From the NCBI GenBank assembly GCA_963822445.1, contig CAWGHO010000001.1:64001-128000 (forward strand): a stretch of DNA of 64,000 nt, in the 5' to 3' direction. Source of the stretch: an uncultured Acidobacteriota bacterium (lineage in GTDB: Bacteria; Acidobacteriota; Thermoanaerobaculia; Gp7-AA8). Every line of letters begins with the position of its first letter. Position 1 is the first letter of the stretch. Positions 60,169-64,000 of the stretch are shown piece after piece. A program made the position numbers and the translations under genes. The notes below the pieces were generated by a model. That model searched no databases. It was not told where the DNA came from and saw nothing but the letters and a program-made list of their open reading frames with translations.

Positions 60169-62451
60169 TTAAGCCACGCGCACGACGACAAACGTGACGT
60201 CATCATTCGGCGCGCCCTCACCATTCCACTCCCGCGCCTTCGCGGCCAGCGACGCGATCACGTCATCCGCGGTCGCACCTTTCGCGGCCTCGGCAAACGC
60301 ATCCACCGTCGCGGTGTAGCCGAGCTGCTGTCCGGCTTCGTTCATCAGCTCCGGGAACCCATCGGTGAGGAACAGCACCGTATCGCCGGACTGCAGCTCG
60401 ACGTTGCTCTCGCCGTAATCCGTTCCGAGTGTTCCAAGGGGCGTCGCGCCGTGTGAAACCTCTTCGACTTCACCGGTCGCGCGCCGATGGACGAGTACCG
60501 GCGGCATGCCTGCCGAGGCGATCGTCAGGCGGCGTTTCTCGAAGCGGCCGAGCGAGAGGGCCATGGCCATGCGTCCGAGCTCCATCCGCTTGATCGTCTC
60601 CGCGGCGCTGCTGAGAAAGCTCGCCGGCGATGTGTCTCCCACGTACGCGGCGAAGAGTGTCTTCACCACCGTCACCATCGTGCCGGCCTTGGCGCCGTGA
60701 CCCGTCGCGTCGCCGACGGTCACCGACAGCACGTCGCCGAAGAGATGAAAGTCGTAGTAATCGCCGCCGACTTCGGTCGCCGTCTGAATGAACACCGCCA
60801 CGCCGTAGGCCTCGTGCTGCGGCACTTCCTTCGGCAGCATGGACAACTGGAAGCGCCGCGCGTCCTCGAGCTCGACCGACTTGCGCTCGTACTCGACCGC
60901 GAAAAGGCGCTGCTGCAACTCCTGTTCTTTGCGGGCCCGCTCCTGCTCGAGGAGCTTCTGCTGGTTGACGCTCAGGTCCTCGGCCATCCGATTGAACGCC
61001 CTCGCGAGCTGCCCCAGCTCGTTCTTGGTCTTCACCGGAAGGCGCGTCATCAGATCGCCGTGCGCGATGCGCTCCGCGCCGTCGGTCACGAGCTTGACGT
61101 CGCGGGTCAGGTGATTCGAGAGCGGCACGATGCCGATGAGCGCGAAGGCGATGAGCCCGAGTCCCAGCGCGAAGTTGCGCGCGGCCGTGTTTTTGAGATC
61201 GCCGAAGTTCTCGCCGACCGGGCGGGCCACGCCGATGCGCAGACCGCTCTGCGGATCGGTCGACGTCGACACGATCCAGCCCTCGATGCCCTTGACCGAG
61301 CGATTCTCGCGGATGCGCTTGGGAATCTGCAGGCGATCGAGGGTCTCGCGATGCGCGGGCGTGCGGGTGTAGACGTTGCCCTCACGATCGACGGCGAACG
61401 GGATCTCGCTGCCATCCTCGGTCGCGCTGCCGAGCACGCGCTGAATCACGTCCTCGGGGCTGACGCGCGCGGTGATCTGCCCGACCACTTCCCCCTTCTG
61501 CCGGACGGGCACGTTGTACTTCTTGCCGAGAATCAGCGAGGTGCGTTTGTCTGTCGCTTTCGTTCTCGCGGCGTCACTCGCCGTGCGCGCGCGAACGGCC
61601 GTCTGCGCGGCGGTGATCGCAGGCGCGACCGCCTCGGCGGCGGCCGGCGCGGGTGGCGCTGGCGGTGCCGGCTCTCCGCTCGCGACGCGACGGCGATCTT
61701 CCCGGGCGATGCGCTGCCGCTCACGAATGGTCGCGCGGTACTCGGCCATCGCCGCGCGCGACTGCGCCATCTGGGCTTCGTACTTCTTGCGATCCTCCTC
61801 GACGACTTCATTGAGCTTCTTCTGCACCGAGCGCAGTTCTTCTTCGACGTCGTCGCGCTCATCCTCGGGAAGGTTGAGATTGGCCATCTGCGAACCGAGA
61901 CGCGCGATCTCGTTGATCAGCTCATGCTGCTCTTCCGACATCACATGGCGCGGGATGGTCGGAGCTTCGGGAAGATCGATGACAAGAGGACGCTGCGGCA
62001 TCATCGGCGTGTGCATGGCGATGACCATGCGCGAGGAGTCCTGGGCCGGGATGTTGCCGTTCGCGTCGGGGTTCGGATTTGGATTCGGGTTCCCGCTCGA
62101 CTTCGCGGCCTTGCGATCGACCTCGGCGATGACGTGCGGCTCGGCGATGGGCTGAAACTCGAGCGCGTCGACGAAGCTCGCCGCCTCCCCCATCGCCGTG
62201 GCGATGTTGCCGGCATCGGGCGCGCCGGAGCTCGGGAGCGGCAGCGCGGAGACGAAGGTCATCCGCTGGTCGAGCTCGGCGCGGATCGCGCCGAGGCGGC
62301 GGTCCATCTGCTGGGTCAGGCGGTCGGCTTCGCGGCGGTACGCGGTCTCCAGGGCACGGCGCGACGAGTGGTACGAGTACGTCACGATCGCCGCGAGCGG
62401 AACGACCGCGAGCACAAACGCCGCGAGGATGAGCTGGGTCCGGATCCGCAT
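60169..62451 (-). CDS. Membrane HAMP + SpoIIE/PP2C phosphatase
   Basis: Two TM helices, NELGQLARAFNRM, GGDYYD, GDATGHG, TDG, DDVT. Confidence 0.9.
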   Translation of the reverse strand: MRIRTQLILAAFVLAVVPLAAIVTYSYHSSRRALETAYRREADRLTQQMDRRLGAIRAELDQRMTFVSALPLPSSGAPDAGNIATAMGEAASFVDALEFQPIAEPHVIAEVDRKAAKSSGNPNPNPNPDANGNIPAQDSSRMVIAMHTPMMPQRPLVIDLPEAPTIPRHVMSEEQHELINEIARLGSQMANLNLPEDERDDVEEELRSVQKKLNEVVEEDRKKYEAQMAQSRAAMAEYRATIRERQRIAREDRRRVASGEPAPPAPPAPAAAEAVAPAITAAQTAVRARTASDAARTKATDKRTSLILGKKYNVPVRQKGEVVGQITARVSPEDVIQRVLGSATEDGSEIPFAVDREGNVYTRTPAHRETLDRLQIPKRIRENRSVKGIEGWIVSTSTDPQSGLRIGVARPVGENFGDLKNTAARNFALGLGLIAFALIGIVPLSNHLTRDVKLVTDGAERIAHGDLMTRLPVKTKNELGQLARAFNRMAEDLSVNQQKLLEQERARKEQELQQRLFAVEYERKSVELEDARRFQLSMLPKEVPQHEAYGVAVFIQTATEVGGDYYDFHLFGDVLSVTVGDATGHGAKAGTMVTVVKTLFAAYVGDTSPASFLSSAAETIKRMELGRMAMALSLGRFEKRRLTIASAGMPPVLVHRRATGEVEEVSHGATPLGTLGTDYGESNVELQSGDTVLFLTDGFPELMNEAGQQLGYTATVDAFAEAAKGATADDVIASLAAKAREWNGEGAPNDDVTFVVVRVA

Positions 62452-62527
62452 CTGGTCGATGGTAAGACGAACGAAACTACGAAAAGTTTAGTGGAGGGTG
62501 TACGGCGGGCGGGACTCCCGCCGTACG

Positions 62528-64000
62528 TCACTGCATCTTCACCACCGGATCCCCTGTCGCCATGTCCGTGACCACGAGGAACGGCACGATCGAGCCGTTC
62601 CCGCCGATCACTTCGAATTCGACCGTGAGGTCGTGCAGGTCGCCGTAACCGTCGCGCTCGGTGCCGGTGAAGGAGCGCAGCAGCTCGGGCAGGAGCACTT
62701 GCTGTCCGGGGCCGAGATGGAACGTGCGCGTCGTCGTCGCAGTGACCAGCGAGTAGCTTTCGCCGATCAGGATGCGCGCCCGAACGGATACCGGCACGCC
62801 GCTCGTCTCGACGAGGCCGTAGCTCGTGCGGAAGGCCGTCGAGTCCTCGATGCTGGAGAAGACCTGGGATTGGCCGAGGCGGAGGCCCTGGGTCGCGGCG
62901 ACGACGGGGATGGCCGTGCCGAAGCTCCCGTAGTGCGAGCGCGCGGTGACGATCACCGAGCCGCGAATGGGAATGACCACAACGTGTGCAGTCGCTGCCG
63001 AGGTGGTTCCTCCGACATCGGGCAAGGTGATGGTCGTGCGCGGGGCGACGGTGATCGCACGCTCCGAGACGCCGCCGGTTGCGCCGACAACCTGCAGCGT
63101 CGCCCGCGCCTCGGTGACCAGCGGATTGAAGATCACCAGATCCGTGGCCGCGCGTCCTGCGGGCAACGTTTCCGGTCCGATGTCCATGCTTCTGACGCCG
63201 CGCCTTTTCCCACCGCCCGTTCCACGCGCGTCCGCGAAGGGAACGCGCACCGCGTCATCGCCCGCGTATCCGTAGTACCGGCTCCAGTCGACGACGCTCC
63301 AGCTGTCGCCGGTCGCGGCGTTGGTGATGCGCGCGTACGCCGTGATCGCGCCCGGCCCGCCGTTCGTGATGATCGCCGTCGCCGCGTTCGCTGGAATCGC
63401 ACCGCGCAGCTCGAGCAATCCGTACCCGTTCACGTTCTCGCTCCGGGCGCTGCCGGCGGCGTTCCCACTCGCATCGAGAAATTCGATGGCCACGCGCGAC
63501 GGGCCTCCACCAGTCTCCTGCACGAACAGATCAGCGCCGGCGACGACACCGGTCAGATAAATGCGCTGGTCGGCGGCGAGGGAACGATCGGCGCGGAAAA
63601 CCGGAATCGCGCCGCTGTACGTCCCCGCATCCGTCACCGCCGTGACCTTGGCCTCGGTGGCGATGCTCGCCCACTTCTGGCTGCGGATCTGGAGCGTGCC
63701 GACGCCGTTGGTGACGCCGTAGATATTCGCGGCGAGGTTGACGAAGTTCACCGATTCCGAGGTGCGCAAGGGCTGCAGCGAAGCGATGCTCGTTGCGGCG
63801 CCGCTCGAGAAATACAGCTTGAGATCGCCGATCGCGTTTCCGCTGAACGCATTCACCAGCGACACGTCGGAGCGCGCGTTGCCGCGATTGGCGATTCCGG
63901 GGATGAACAGCGGCATCTCGCCGGCGTTCAATCCGGGGATCGAGCCCGGCGTCACCGGCACCTTGGTCGTGTCGATGATGGTGACCTTCGAGACCGAGAC
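62528..64000 (-). CDS. Large beta-rich, probably secreted protein; N-terminus outside the window
   Basis: Frame open to the window edge; repeated beta-sandwich-like units ending TGDSW/TGDP. Confidence 0.65.
   Translation of the reverse strand, partial: VSVSKVTIIDTTKVPVTPGSIPGLNAGEMPLFIPGIANRGNARSDVSLVNAFSGNAIGDLKLYFSSGAATSIASLQPLRTSESVNFVNLAANIYGVTNGVGTLQIRSQKWASIATEAKVTAVTDAGTYSGAIPVFRADRSLAADQRIYLTGVVAGADLFVQETGGGPSRVAIEFLDASGNAAGSARSENVNGYGLLELRGAIPANAATAIITNGGPGAITAYARITNAATGDSWSVVDWSRYYGYAGDDAVRVPFADARGTGGGKRRGVRSMDIGPETLPAGRAATDLVIFNPLVTEARATLQVVGATGGVSERAITVAPRTTITLPDVGGTTSAATAHVVVIPIRGSVIVTARSHYGSFGTAIPVVAATQGLRLGQSQVFSSIEDSTAFRTSYGLVETSGVPVSVRARILIGESYSLVTATTTRTFHLGPGQQVLLPELLRSFTGTERDGYGDLHDLTVEFEVIGGNGSIVPFLVVTDMATGDPVVKMQ

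Noticed and set aside
62500-62526. GTACGGCGGG/CCCGCCGTAC hairpin
   Set aside because: It is a single copy in the window, and I cannot distinguish a terminator from a REP element.

Overview
GC-rich bacterial window. The gene repertoire (Ser/Thr kinase-TolB propeller, VWA-domain protein, tol-pal, leuS-lptE) suggests Acidobacteriota, possibly Thermoanaerobaculia; this is an inference. The left half holds accessory metal, iron and redox genes: copA-type ATPase, two Cys-tailed ECF sigma factors, a PepSY/TonB-receptor/PiuC operon with a Fur-like box, a GMC oxidoreductase cluster and a cyclase-STAND-TPR gene. The right half is mostly core genes: tolQRAB-pal-cpoB, rpsT, lptE, leuS, dtd and ssb. The most informative part is a more AT-rich island (~30.8-38.8 kb) beside tRNA-Arg(CCT). 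It carries an IS110/IS1111-type element. Its ends, GT core, circle-junction promoter and candidate bridge/seek-RNA guides can be read from the sequence, and it is inserted in an integron-type GTTRRRY core site. Next come attC-bounded cassettes (HD-CE/HSP90 protein, TolB-like protein) with no integrase in the window, and three divergent small disulfide-rich secreted proteins. Other signals are a duplicated enolase 3' end bracketing the STAND gene, inverted 7/8-mer microsatellite hairpins, a recurring RRRAV-like motif in secreted proteins and probable leaderless genes. Several frameshifts, including two in tolQ, may be assembly errors. All product calls come from motif recognition, not database searches.
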